Of a DNA stretch of 64,000 bases, positions 31,551 to 42,300 are shown piece by piece. The stretch spans positions 3,308 to 67,307 of the forward strand of contig JAIXWE010000053.1 in the NCBI GenBank assembly GCA_027482195.1, written 5' to 3'. The stretch comes from Alphaproteobacteria bacterium. Lineage in GTDB: Bacteria > Pseudomonadota > Alphaproteobacteria > Micavibrionales > Micavibrionaceae. The number at the start of each line of letters is the position of its first letter. Positions within the stretch are counted from its first letter, which is position 1. The position numbers and the translations under genes are program-made. The notes below the pieces were generated by a model, which searched no databases, had not been told where the DNA came from, and saw only the letters and a list, made by a program, of their open reading frames with translations.

Positions 31551-32655
31551 CAAAAAACGGGTTAGTATCCTGTGTAGTTAAAATCGATCGATCAAATTCA
31601 CATGCATGGCCTTGTTGATCCGCAATAAATTGTAAAAGCTGACGTCTAAAACGATAACTGGTTCCATAGGCGATTTTTTCACAAACCTCTTCACCTAAAA
31701 TCTCTCGTGCCGCATTATATAATAGCGCGGCATCAGCTTCGTTATCATTACCACCTGAGAATTTGGGAGCGCGCTGCGTGTTATTGGCCAGATTAAAATC
31801 GCGTATCGCAAACAACATTGGCAATGCACGTGGTAAAAATCCGGTGTCCTTGGGAACAAAGTCATGATAGGGCGGCTTTGCCGCCGCACCGGTGGATGTT
31901 TTTGGCATATCCGTTCCGCATTCCAAACTCATGATAGTTGAATCATAAACGCTTCGGAAATAATCTGCGCCGTAAACAACATTGCGACTTGCATAGGCGT
32001 GCACCGAAACTTTTTGAATAGATTTCCATGTAAACTTTGTTTGCAAACGTGCCTCTTGTTCCGCCATCAAAATGCGGCGTACTTTTTCATGATCGCCGTC
32101 CATCCATGCTTCATAATTTATAACAGAATCGAAATCGACAGGATTGGAGACATCTTTCAATTTTTCCCAAGCATGAGCAATTTGTCGTTTTGCATCATCT
32201 GGATTCAAAAACCCGTGCGGATAACCTAAAACAACAGCAATACCAACATTCGGATAATCTTTTAAAAATTCAATAAGGGGGGTGATTTTATCCGTGTAGC
32301 CATTATCACCAAAATCTCCCCACGTACAGACGGCGCGCATCGGGAAAGGATACGTGGCCTCTCGCGCCATGCGTGTCATCCATTCTTTTGGTTCGTTGCG
32401 CGTGTTGCGTAATGTTGTGTGGTCTGTGCGCGCCAAAACCCACTCCATTCTTTCTGCAGTAATTTCAGGGTGAGAAAAATATTGCGCGTAATGATCTGCA
32501 ATTTGGCAAGATCTAAAATAAATCTCCCGCGCATGCTCACGTTGTGATGATAGGGAATCTTTGATGGAAAGACTTGTAAATACAGGAGAGGGGGCAATGG
32601 GGGGAGTGCTAGGTACAGATGATTTGAGCAACATGACAATCCCCACAACAGTCAA
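31483..32655 (-). CDS. Deoxyribose-phosphate aldolase (DeoC/DERA) family protein, divergent, with an N-terminal extension
   Basis: It is colinear with E. coli-type DeoC: TDHTTL (MDLTTL), GIAVVLGYPHGFLNPDD (IATVTNFPHGNDD), VDFDSVINY (VDVVFPY), MPKTSTG (FIKTSTG, Schiff-base Lys at 31900-31902), APKFSGG (GFKPAGG) and YRF. The track start is TTG, and the first in-frame ATG is at 32634. Confidence 0.6.
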   Translation of the reverse strand: MTVVGIVMLLKSSVPSTPPIAPSPVFTSLSIKDSLSSQREHAREIYFRSCQIADHYAQYFSHPEITAERMEWVLARTDHTTLRNTRNEPKEWMTRMAREATYPFPMRAVCTWGDFGDNGYTDKITPLIEFLKDYPNVGIAVVLGYPHGFLNPDDAKRQIAHAWEKLKDVSNPVDFDSVINYEAWMDGDHEKVRRILMAEQEARLQTKFTWKSIQKVSVHAYASRNVVYGADYFRSVYDSTIMSLECGTDMPKTSTGAAAKPPYHDFVPKDTGFLPRALPMLFAIRDFNLANNTQRAPKFSGGNDNEADAALLYNAAREILGEEVCEKIAYGTSYRFRRQLLQFIADQQGHACEFDRSILTTQDTNPFFATPREMVDHNMPRAGASYSPAP

Positions 32656-32715
32656 AAATTTATCCTAGCTTTAGCTAACAAATTCGTGATGTCTTTACAA
32701 GAAAACATTGGTTAA

Positions 32716-32744
32716 CGTGAAACAGTTTAAAGCGTGAAACAGTT
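32716..32744 (+). promoter_or_regulatory. Two perfect copies of CGTGAAACAGTT spaced 17 bp start to start, in the divergent promoter region
   Basis: The copies at 32716-32727 and 32733-32744 are identical 12-mers. They lie between the DERA-like gene (minus strand) and the giant-protein operon (plus strand). Confidence 0.6.
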
Positions 32745-32876
32745 CGGCTTTTCTTGAGTTTATCGCATCTAAAAGTTCGAAAAAAATCATCCCAATTTAT
32801 TTTGTTAGGTGATGCTAATTTAAGTTGACGGCTAAAGTTTTTTTGATTTAAAGGAGGACTATCAGAATATTTTAAT

Positions 32877-35561
32877 GTGTCACGCATCACCAAGAAAGTT
32901 ATAGAGATGGAAACACCTCTTGTAACCACGGCAAGCAAGTGGATAACAACGCAACCGCGTTATCCGGGTGATTTATTCCACAATTTCGATTTATATTATC
33001 CCAAACCTGATTACACGGATGACTATTGGAAGGCGCAACATATTAATGCGGAAACCATGGCGTCTTTTGAATCGCGCTCAAAATGGGCCTATATCAACCA
33101 AGCCATGTTTTATGCTTCTGCTTCAAGTGGGCGTGCGGCCTATGATATGGCACGGCGCTATCCTGAAAAAATATTGATCGGAAGTCGCAAATTTACAACA
33201 CCAGATGACGAACAATTTATGACGATTCAGTGTTTGAAATCAGCCCTTGATTCAAACGCACTGATGGGTCCTTTTGTATTAGCCCAAAATTACCGTGATA
33301 ATATGATTGCAGCAGGAATTGCTGCGCAAAATCTCACTGATCCACGCACGGGGGAGCGCAATGTTTATATTGTTGGGCCGCCGCATCGTGAAGCTTTTAT
33401 TCGCAGTTTGAAGCAATACCCGACATTATTGCGGGGTGCTGGTTACGAAGATGCAACATTCGAAATTCACTTCTGGGGGCCTTTTTGCACATTTGATGTG
33501 ACGCACGGCATTTATTCGGGGGATCATGCATGGTCGCGTAATGCTGCGATGGAAAAAGCTTCTGCGCTCGCTACTCAATATGGTGTTCCATTAATTTCAA
33601 TGTATCGCAGTGGTCGCGGATGTGCCGTTGTCGATATTTACAATCAATCTATCTCTCCGCTTGATCAAGCATGGGAAGATGCACGCCACATTGTTGATGT
33701 GGTTGGCCAGACTGTCCGGTTTAATGGCTCCGATTATTTCTTCCGTACTGAAGCAGCCGTCATGTTGTTGCTCACGCGCTTTTTATACGATGATTATGTG
33801 CGTAACGGAACGGGGGATCTTGTTCCAAGCTTAATGGATCCGGCGGTAAAGGCACATTATGCTTCGCCGGGTGAAATTGAAAAAATGGATATTTTGAAAC
33901 GCCATATGCTTCCCTATATGGCGAATTTTTGTAATTGGCCGACATTGCATCGCGCATTAAATAATGATCCTGCGTTAAAAGCTTACTGGGAAGAGAATGT
34001 TATTCCTCATTACGGGCAGATGGATAACAAAGCGGAAACGGAAGCAAAGATTCTAAGCTATCTTCCGCGCGGCGGTTGTGCTGATCAAGATTTGATGAAA
34101 AAAGTTTCTGAGTTGCGCGATCCGCGTAGCAAAAGTGTGTTTATGTCTTCATCAAATGAGAACGCACAATTTGCAAAACCGCCCATGTCACAAGGATTGC
34201 ATGAAGAAGCGTTTTCATCTGAATACGATCCGCTTATTTTTAATGACCGCAACTTTGCACGATTAAATGCAACATCAAATCCTAACCAAGATCCATCACC
34301 AACACATTACAGTTTTGAACAATCGGCAGCCATTATGGTTTTGGCGGGCTTTCGTAATAAAGGTTTGGTGCCTTTTGACGCGCCGCGGACATTATTATTT
34401 CTCGATGGTGCAAGCCAAGGTGAAATGCCTAAAAAATTCCGTGAAGATAAAGGCGTGTCTCATCCATCAGAAATGGGTGCAATATTTGATGTTTTATCAC
34501 GCGGTGGTGAAAACTTTGCCGAAAGTGTAGGTGAAGAAAATGCAGCAAATTTAAAAGATTTAACCCGGCGGATGATGTTTCATCCTTCTTTTGAGTTATG
34601 GCGCAAAAAACATGGTGTGGGTAATATTATTCCTGTATCTGATTTTTCGGCTGCTTTTGCCCAATTTGAAGGGCGGCGCGAAGCAACGAATACGGAAGTG
34701 CACGAAGCCATTGATGCGCGCGGGTCGATGAAAATAACTTCGGCCACGAGTGAGGCGACAGTGCGCCGTTATATTGCCGTCGAAGCACAGGGAATAGTTA
34801 TTCCGAGTGGCGATATTGATGAACGCAGCTATCGTTACATCACAGATGGTGTCTTGGCAACGATCGGTAAAACACCGCGCCCAAATTCTGGTGGTAAATA
34901 TCAATTCGAGTTTTTCTTGAAATCATCCGGTGATGATCAGATTAAAAAACTTGATTTGGCTGATTTGATTATCCTTGTTGGGCTTCAAGTTAAGTCTGAT
35001 TTAGAAAAAAAGACGCCGGCAAAACTAAAAGATCGTTATGTATCAATGGCGCGGCTACTCAATATCTATGAATATCTTATTGATCCTGCGCAACGGAATC
35101 AGGTTTACAAACGTGACTCATTATCTGGTGCAGATTCTCAGAAAAGCATAATTGATTGGAAGCAAGTTGATCCTGATTTTAGTGAATTTATAACCTATAC
35201 CCCCACTTTTGATATTTCTATTTTTGATAAAGATGAAGAATATCAAAAATTTTCAAATAATACATTGGACTTGCAAACATATTTATTTGATCCCGTGCAA
35301 AAATCAAAACTGGTTCAAATGATATGGGCATGGATGGTGGCTGCACCCATTAAGGTGCGAGAAATTGGTAAGGATATGCCAACACGTGGAAATTTATTAG
35401 CGCGGGCGATTAAGGATTTTGACGATCGTGATTTGATTGATCTGCCTAGTGAGTACCGCGACGCCAAGAAATGGTGGGAAGGCATGAACGCGCGGCAGCG
35501 TAAAGAGTTTTTTGAGCAAGGAACTATTCATTTACAAGGGCCCGCAGTTGATGTGCGTTAA
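32877..35561 (+). CDS. Hypothetical large protein (894 aa), first gene of the giant-protein operon
   Basis: Long uninterrupted ORF in which I recognise no catalytic or nucleotide-binding motif. The start is ambiguous: GTG at 32877, or ATG at 32907 preceded by a 9-codon mini-ORF. Confidence 0.6.
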   Translation: MSRITKKVIEMETPLVTTASKWITTQPRYPGDLFHNFDLYYPKPDYTDDYWKAQHINAETMASFESRSKWAYINQAMFYASASSGRAAYDMARRYPEKILIGSRKFTTPDDEQFMTIQCLKSALDSNALMGPFVLAQNYRDNMIAAGIAAQNLTDPRTGERNVYIVGPPHREAFIRSLKQYPTLLRGAGYEDATFEIHFWGPFCTFDVTHGIYSGDHAWSRNAAMEKASALATQYGVPLISMYRSGRGCAVVDIYNQSISPLDQAWEDARHIVDVVGQTVRFNGSDYFFRTEAAVMLLLTRFLYDDYVRNGTGDLVPSLMDPAVKAHYASPGEIEKMDILKRHMLPYMANFCNWPTLHRALNNDPALKAYWEENVIPHYGQMDNKAETEAKILSYLPRGGCADQDLMKKVSELRDPRSKSVFMSSSNENAQFAKPPMSQGLHEEAFSSEYDPLIFNDRNFARLNATSNPNQDPSPTHYSFEQSAAIMVLAGFRNKGLVPFDAPRTLLFLDGASQGEMPKKFREDKGVSHPSEMGAIFDVLSRGGENFAESVGEENAANLKDLTRRMMFHPSFELWRKKHGVGNIIPVSDFSAAFAQFEGRREATNTEVHEAIDARGSMKITSATSEATVRRYIAVEAQGIVIPSGDIDERSYRYITDGVLATIGKTPRPNSGGKYQFEFFLKSSGDDQIKKLDLADLIILVGLQVKSDLEKKTPAKLKDRYVSMARLLNIYEYLIDPAQRNQVYKRDSLSGADSQKSIIDWKQVDPDFSEFITYTPTFDISIFDKDEEYQKFSNNTLDLQTYLFDPVQKSKLVQMIWAWMVAAPIKVREIGKDMPTRGNLLARAIKDFDDRDLIDLPSEYRDAKKWWEGMNARQRKEFFEQGTIHLQGPAVDVR

Positions 35562-35585
35562 TGATGATGATAAGTACGGAGTTAC

Positions 35586-38500
35586 GTGATGGTTAAGTTT
35601 TCTGATGCACTGACAGAAAACTACTCACTTGATATGTGGTTGCGGCGTTTGGGGCTTTGGCGTCATAAGCCAATTGGTTTAATGACGATTGATGAACGAA
35701 AAGCATATCTTCATTCAAATGCCTTCTCAAAACCTCTTGTTTTAACGGGATCCTCTTACGACCCTGAAGGCTATCAGCTCATCAGCATGATGTCGCTTAC
35801 GCACTATGATCATGTAAGTGGTATTCTTGATGATAAAATTATTTATTGGCGACACACATTGGATGATGATGTTGATGAAGCAGGTAAAATTCCATTTCAG
35901 GATTATTTTGTTTTAGGGATACGCGGTGTCCGTGATGATCACCTAACGGGTGAGGGTGTTCCGGTTATTGTGCCGGATCAAATCTGGTGGAACGGGAATT
36001 TGGTCTTTAATGGTCCAGCAAATGGGGGGCGTCATGATCCGGAGCGCCCTGAACAACAACGTCAAATTAATCGCTATCTTGAGATGAGTCAGCAAGTTAA
36101 AGAGCATTTAAATAGAGGTTTGCCGCTTGAAAAAATTGGCCATGTGTTCTCACAAGATGTGTTGAGTGATCATTTCTCTGCGCGCGCTCTTGGGGGCGCG
36201 CCTTTCTTGCGTGGTTTAAGCTCATCAGGATGGGATAACGTGGAGCGGCTTCTTGGGGCAAATTTTGTTGACTTGTTTCAAAAAGAAGATCAGAGAATTT
36301 CATTTCGTCTTCCATCCTTACCTGAAATCTCTTCACTTGATCGCTTAAAAGCTCTTCATGGTTTTTATATCAACAGTGTGGAGCCAATACGCTGTTTAAG
36401 TGAGCAATGGGATAAATATGCCTCTGATATGCGCACGGGAATGGGTTATGTCACAGAAACGAATTACTTTTTTGATGAACAAAAGCAACGTCATATTTTT
36501 TCAGTGCGTATTGCCTCAGAAAATCCACCTAAGGATATGCCAAAATTTGAGCCATATGAATTAATACGCCTTGAATATACTCAGGGTGAGGATGTTTTTA
36601 CGCTGGAAGATTCATTCTTTATGGGTGTCAAAGATAAGAAATATCAAAAAAATAGTGATTTTTTAAGTCTTATTGGGGCTTTGCAAGATACAAATCAAGC
36701 CCTATCTGAGCGCATTTTTCCTGATTATCAATCTATTTTAATGCGCAATAAACTTCATAATCGTATTAGTGAATTTCGCATGCCGCCAAAATTATCAGAC
36801 GGGGGCGAGGCGTTGTGGATTCCATTATGGGGAACCAATATGCGCAAAACGATTGAAGAGTTTGGGGATGGTATTGGTGGTGGAAATTTATTTATGCATC
36901 GTGGGCGTGATGATGATAACCACCTTGATGAAATTGCCGTGCTACATGGCTTGCCGTATCAGCCGGGAAGCCCAGACTCGAATTATAAAGGTGCACAGCC
37001 GAGTTTAGTGCCTTATCTTGATGCCTTGCGCCGTGGTGCGATCATCATTGATCACATTCACTTTGATCACTCAACAATTGAGTTTTATGCGACACAAAAG
37101 GATCAAAGTGGTAACGGTTGGTTCAAAGGGCAAAAAATTATTTGTAAAGGTATAGATGCCTATATCATGAAAAATCGTCTTTTGCGCCTGGGTGTTAAGC
37201 AAGATCAGTGGCCAGAATTTATTGAATTTGATCGTGATGATGCGTTTGCGCGTTACCCCAATCTCTTTAAAGATAGAAACGGAAATTTTGCTTATCGCAT
37301 TCAAGATGAAAAAGGCAACACGCGCGGATGGAATCAGATTTGTAAAGATGGAACAAGCCATTCAGCGTTGACGGACTCTTACCTTATTACAATGTGTTAT
37401 AATAATAATTTACTTGATACCTATTATATCGATAGTGATGCGAACGGGCTTAACGACAACGGATGGAAATTTGCAGAAGACGGCCAATTTGCGCTTGAAG
37501 GCATTGATGGAATTACACGCGAAGATTTATTGAAAGCTGTTAAGTCAGAAGATAAATTATATATCTCACTAGAAGAGCCGACAGGAATTACGCGTACTGG
37601 GCGTTGTTCTACACCTGAGCAATTCAAAGATACATTCCGTGCATTAGAAAAAGCATTACCCGAAGGCTTTGCGCATGGCGTCATTCCTTTTTCAACCAAT
37701 CATTTGGAATATCAAGCTATTCGTGAAGTATGGGCCGAAAAAGATACGTTGCGGCATACGACAGCGGTTGGCGCCAACGCCCAATTGCGGGATACGGCAT
37801 TAAATATATATGGGGTCAATCCTAAACTTGATTTGCGCACAGTGACTATTGCGCATGATCATATTCCGCAATTAGTTTATGAGCTTTTATATGATGGCAT
37901 GATTGATTTCATGATAAAGGCTGAGAAAAAAGCGTTACGACAGTCAAAAAGAGAATACGAAAGCAGAACATTAGATGAGATTTTAAATGATGATGTGGTG
38001 TATCAAAAAGTAAAAGCAATTTTTGATACTCATAAAGATAATTTTGATCATGGCGTATCGCAACCGATTGAGTTTTATAATGGATTTTTGAATAACCAAG
38101 ACGGTGATTTAACAAAATTGATGCAATCATGGTTGCGCAAATATACCAAAGTATTTTGGGAAGGTGCAGATAAATTATCAACCGCATATAATGGAAATAC
38201 GTGCAATTTTATGCTGTCTAAACTAATAAGCAAAGGGATGGTCACATTTGACTCCCGTTGCGGTCACAATGATTACAATATGTATCAAGCCATTATGGTG
38301 AAGCAAGACCACGCTTCTGTTCACGGTGTGCGTACCGCAAAACGCACCAAAAGATTTAGAAATGACTATGGACAGCTTGGCTTTATTTCAACTGACCCAT
38401 TGGGGACTTCGGACAGTCGCTTCGGGTCAATGTCGCGTTTTGCAAATGGTGACTCACTCTTTGACTATGATGAATTTGTGCGTAACACAGGTTACAAGAT

Positions 38501-39335
38501 TGATCCTGAGAAACTTATTCTCACAGTGACACAAACCGCGAGCATGGGATCTGATGCATGGAAATCTCAAGATCAGCTTATGCAGAAAATTTCACATGAC
38601 CGTGGTGTGACAGTTTTTTGTGCGATTGATGACGGCTTTAAAATCTATAATCCGCGTGAGCATCGCGCGCGCTATGAAGCGATGTGTCGTGAAGAAGGAT
38701 GGAGCTTCACGGGCGACGGTCGCATGATGTATATTCATGCTGCGCATTCGCACATTCAAGGTCACAGGCGTGAGCAAGATATGCGGGATAAAATGACTGA
38801 CCCCCGCTATAAACCAAAATTGGTGGAAGTCATTCATTGCCCAAGTGTTGAGAGTTTGAATATTCTTAAAAATGTCGTGCGTGATGCGGGTCATCGCATG
38901 ACGATCAAAGAGCCGGAAAATAATATCGCGCGCGCATGCGAGTGGGATGAGAAAACACAATCTTATAACATGATTGATAAAGACTATTTAAGTGAACGGA
39001 TGATGTTAATCAATTGGGCCGCAAAATATGGTCAGATGTATAATTGGGTTGTAACAATGACCGAGGCAATTGTGATGCCAAAACGTGGTGGTGCACGGGC
39101 TGATCCACTTACAATGCGGTCACATTTATGTAGCGAGTTCCAGCAACAAACCGCATTGCGAAACACAGCAAGCTGGATAAGACCAAAATTTGGTAACAGT
39201 AGCCGTGGGCGAGCTTTAGGGCCTGCGCCCGCCGATATTCGTGAGGAGGGTGGAGCTCCGCCTGCTCCTATGATGACCGATATGTTACGCCGCGCCTTAA
39301 TATCAAGCTCCGCACGGAGATTGCAGAATGTTTGA
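35586..39335 (+). CDS. Giant protein (1249 aa) with an RNase J-like metallo-beta-lactamase/beta-CASP core
   Basis: GGAG lies 8 nt before the ATG at 35589 (GTG at 35586). The HxHxDH motif IIIDHIHFDHS is at 37053-37070. RNase J-like blocks occur in order: WIPLWGTN..IGGGNLF, SLVPYLDAL, GTSHSALTDSYLI, YYIDSDANG, HIQGHRREQDM. About 400 N-terminal residues have no motif I recognise. Confidence 0.6.
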   Translation: MMVKFSDALTENYSLDMWLRRLGLWRHKPIGLMTIDERKAYLHSNAFSKPLVLTGSSYDPEGYQLISMMSLTHYDHVSGILDDKIIYWRHTLDDDVDEAGKIPFQDYFVLGIRGVRDDHLTGEGVPVIVPDQIWWNGNLVFNGPANGGRHDPERPEQQRQINRYLEMSQQVKEHLNRGLPLEKIGHVFSQDVLSDHFSARALGGAPFLRGLSSSGWDNVERLLGANFVDLFQKEDQRISFRLPSLPEISSLDRLKALHGFYINSVEPIRCLSEQWDKYASDMRTGMGYVTETNYFFDEQKQRHIFSVRIASENPPKDMPKFEPYELIRLEYTQGEDVFTLEDSFFMGVKDKKYQKNSDFLSLIGALQDTNQALSERIFPDYQSILMRNKLHNRISEFRMPPKLSDGGEALWIPLWGTNMRKTIEEFGDGIGGGNLFMHRGRDDDNHLDEIAVLHGLPYQPGSPDSNYKGAQPSLVPYLDALRRGAIIIDHIHFDHSTIEFYATQKDQSGNGWFKGQKIICKGIDAYIMKNRLLRLGVKQDQWPEFIEFDRDDAFARYPNLFKDRNGNFAYRIQDEKGNTRGWNQICKDGTSHSALTDSYLITMCYNNNLLDTYYIDSDANGLNDNGWKFAEDGQFALEGIDGITREDLLKAVKSEDKLYISLEEPTGITRTGRCSTPEQFKDTFRALEKALPEGFAHGVIPFSTNHLEYQAIREVWAEKDTLRHTTAVGANAQLRDTALNIYGVNPKLDLRTVTIAHDHIPQLVYELLYDGMIDFMIKAEKKALRQSKREYESRTLDEILNDDVVYQKVKAIFDTHKDNFDHGVSQPIEFYNGFLNNQDGDLTKLMQSWLRKYTKVFWEGADKLSTAYNGNTCNFMLSKLISKGMVTFDSRCGHNDYNMYQAIMVKQDHASVHGVRTAKRTKRFRNDYGQLGFISTDPLGTSDSRFGSMSRFANGDSLFDYDEFVRNTGYKIDPEKLILTVTQTASMGSDAWKSQDQLMQKISHDRGVTVFCAIDDGFKIYNPREHRARYEAMCREEGWSFTGDGRMMYIHAAHSHIQGHRREQDMRDKMTDPRYKPKLVEVIHCPSVESLNILKNVVRDAGHRMTIKEPENNIARACEWDEKTQSYNMIDKDYLSERMMLINWAAKYGQMYNWVVTMTEAIVMPKRGGARADPLTMRSHLCSEFQQQTALRNTASWIRPKFGNSSRGRALGPAPADIREEGGAPPAPMMTDMLRRALISSSARRLQNV

Positions 39336-42300
39336 CAAGAACAATCAACGCATCGCACGTAAACGATTTTTATGGCCACAAGTCACGCGCGGTGAGTTAA
39401 TGAACTTGACGATTGATTTTGAAACAAGCGGTTTGGATCGCCAAAATGTCCCTTATGCAACAAAATCATACTCTTTTACTACAGAATATGGGGATGCTCT
39501 GACTGATTTTGCGGGAAACTATTTAAACTCGGCTCAAATTTTTCCGCGTCGTCCTGATTGGTTGGTTGCACAAACACCGGCATTGATCTTACAGCGTACA
39601 CCAACGGGGCCTGCGGATTTAGATGACGAATCTCGGATTCCTTATTCTCAAGCGTGGGCGGCAATTTCATGGCGTATTGAACAAGCTATGTTCGCCTATG
39701 ACCAATTTGGCCATCCGACGAACATTATTTCAATCGCTGACTATGATAAAAGTTTTAAGCACGGCCAAAAAGATGCTATTGAGACTGTCATTGATATTCC
39801 TCTTTTGGATGATAACGGGGAAATCGTTTATGACTTAAGATACCATCCTGAACGCCGCAAAATTTCATATCGAATTGATAGAGATCCGCAAAGCCCTTAT
39901 TACCGTGTCCCGCATAATATTTATTACAAAGACAAAGATGATAAATCGTTATGGAAATGGGTTGATCCAAGCTTATACGTTGATTTTTATAATGCTCGTT
40001 TTGATTTGCCGCATTTGCGGATGCAACTCTATCGCACCGGATCGGATCCCCAGGATACAACATTTTTATATGCACGCGGTACACCAAGCAACAAACAACG
40101 CAAGCGCGGCCATATTGTTGATGTCCGCCACGTGGCTTACGCTACGGCTCTTTACGGACCGCAAGGTGAGCAAGGCTTAAATCTTGGTCGCATTATTGAT
40201 GAACGTGGCCGTATAAGAAATTCCGAGGCCTTATCAGCCTATCTATCCTCGAATTCCAATTTTGAGAATCCAATGCGTTTGATAAAGCAAGGTATCTTTA
40301 TGCCAGATGGGTCTTTGCATGATCCTAATATGGATCATGGCGCAGCCTACGATGCCCTTGGTACGGTTGCATTACGTAACCATTGTTGGGATATTGCGCC
40401 GTGGGTGTGCGCCGAAGTGGTGCGTCAATCCGATGATAATGACCGCCGTCATTTTTTAATGCGCCAAGATCCGGTCCGTACGATCTTTCCGCTTTATACA
40501 TTGCCGCGCCGTCAAGAAGGCTTAAGTCACAGCGATCAACTTTATTGGTATTTGGGCAATGATAATGCGCTTGGAGATTTCAAGGATGACATTTTTCTGC
40601 GCGTGGACGGCAAATTAAGGCACGAGACATACAAAGAAAAATTATTGAAGGATTTATCTGTTGAAGAGTGGGTCGAATATCTTTCCTTAAAGGTCACGTC
40701 ATCAGATCCTGATCGCGCCGTAAGAATGGAATCGCATCGTTTGGCACCACCTGCTTTTGCTTTTGATGATGTTGTCAACTACACATCCCAGGGCGGTAAA
40801 TATAAATCGCGCTTTAAAGATTTATCGCAAGACATCAAATATATCACTGAGAACGAACAAATGCGGGAACGTATTTTCTCAGCTATCGCATTAAAAAATG
40901 AAGTGCGTCGCAAAAATGCACATGTGCCTCATGTCAAACTTTTAGAGGATGAATTGCCATCCCAATACTCTATCGAAGTAAGTTTTCAAGACGATGCACG
41001 ACGTGAGGAGCAGCGGCAGCAGTTTATAAAGTCGGGTTATAAAGGGCCAGAAATTCAGCCAGGCATTTTAGATACAATCAAAAATGCCATGGATAATGTC
41101 TATAAATTTCAACGTCAAATTGACTCGGCGTCTAGACGTTTATGCTTGAAGGCTCATCCAATTGACTTTTTTAAAGATTATGAACTCGATGATTTTGCTC
41201 ACATGCAGGATCCAGATATTGCCGCTGTTCTTCAAAATTATACTGATTTATGCGAACGTGTTTATAGCATTTATAAAAAGAAGGAGTCTTCTTATAAAGA
41301 CTTTCTTGATGAGATTGTAAATCCTGTGACTGGTGGATCTTTCTTTAAAAAGGGACGATTTAAAGCACAAACGGTTGGACAAGCATTTTATTTTCGCAAA
41401 GAGTTGATGCGCCGTGCCCTTAATGATTATGATATCTTACTATCCTATAAAGGTTCGGACACGCATAAAAAATCATATATTGAAGGAGTGGTTGATAAAA
41501 AAGTTTATTCCTTATCGCATCGCGGTAAGCAACTTTTTCTCTTTGCCGACCCAGATAATGGTGTTCAGGGATCACAGCCATTTTTAGTCGATGAATATGG
41601 CCGGAGATTGGAACTATCCTACATTAAGTCTATTTCTCCGCGTGATGCGATTAATCTGCTTGTAAATGAAAATAAATGGGAAATCCGTTTTTATCGTCTA
41701 AGATCAGATCCAACAATTTTAAGGCTGGCTCAGCGGGCGCTTGATCTAGACATGGGTAATATTATCCCGCCCGCTATTTTGCACATGTATCAGGCAGATA
41801 AAAGAAACCGCCATCTGATCCTTCCGAACGAGACACCAACAACGTCACGTATTCCGACATTACTCACAGACGAAATTGACATTACGCGGCTTGAAATTGC
41901 TGCATCCAGTCAATCGCCTTTGATTTTGGAGCGCGCAGAAGATTCTGCATTATCGGTTGCCGCGCGCCTGATCAAGCAAGATGAGTCATGGCGTATTTTA
42001 TCAAACTCACGTGCTTATAATACAGAAATGACATCTTCTGCCTTGAGTTGGCAGCCATGTTTATCTGCTGCTATGTTTGACCCTGTAAGTAATTTGCCTT
42101 ACGAGTTTATCGAGCATCTTATTCCGCGTGATAGCTCAAAAGATTTTGAGGATGATCCTAATATTATCATCATTGATGTTCCGGTATGGCATGCGCATTA
42201 CCCTATCGAGCAATATGACCCGCGTCTTCCTTTTCGCGGCCTGGTTATAGATGATATTCCAAAATATCAACGCGAACTTATCCGCGAGAATCGCCGCCAT

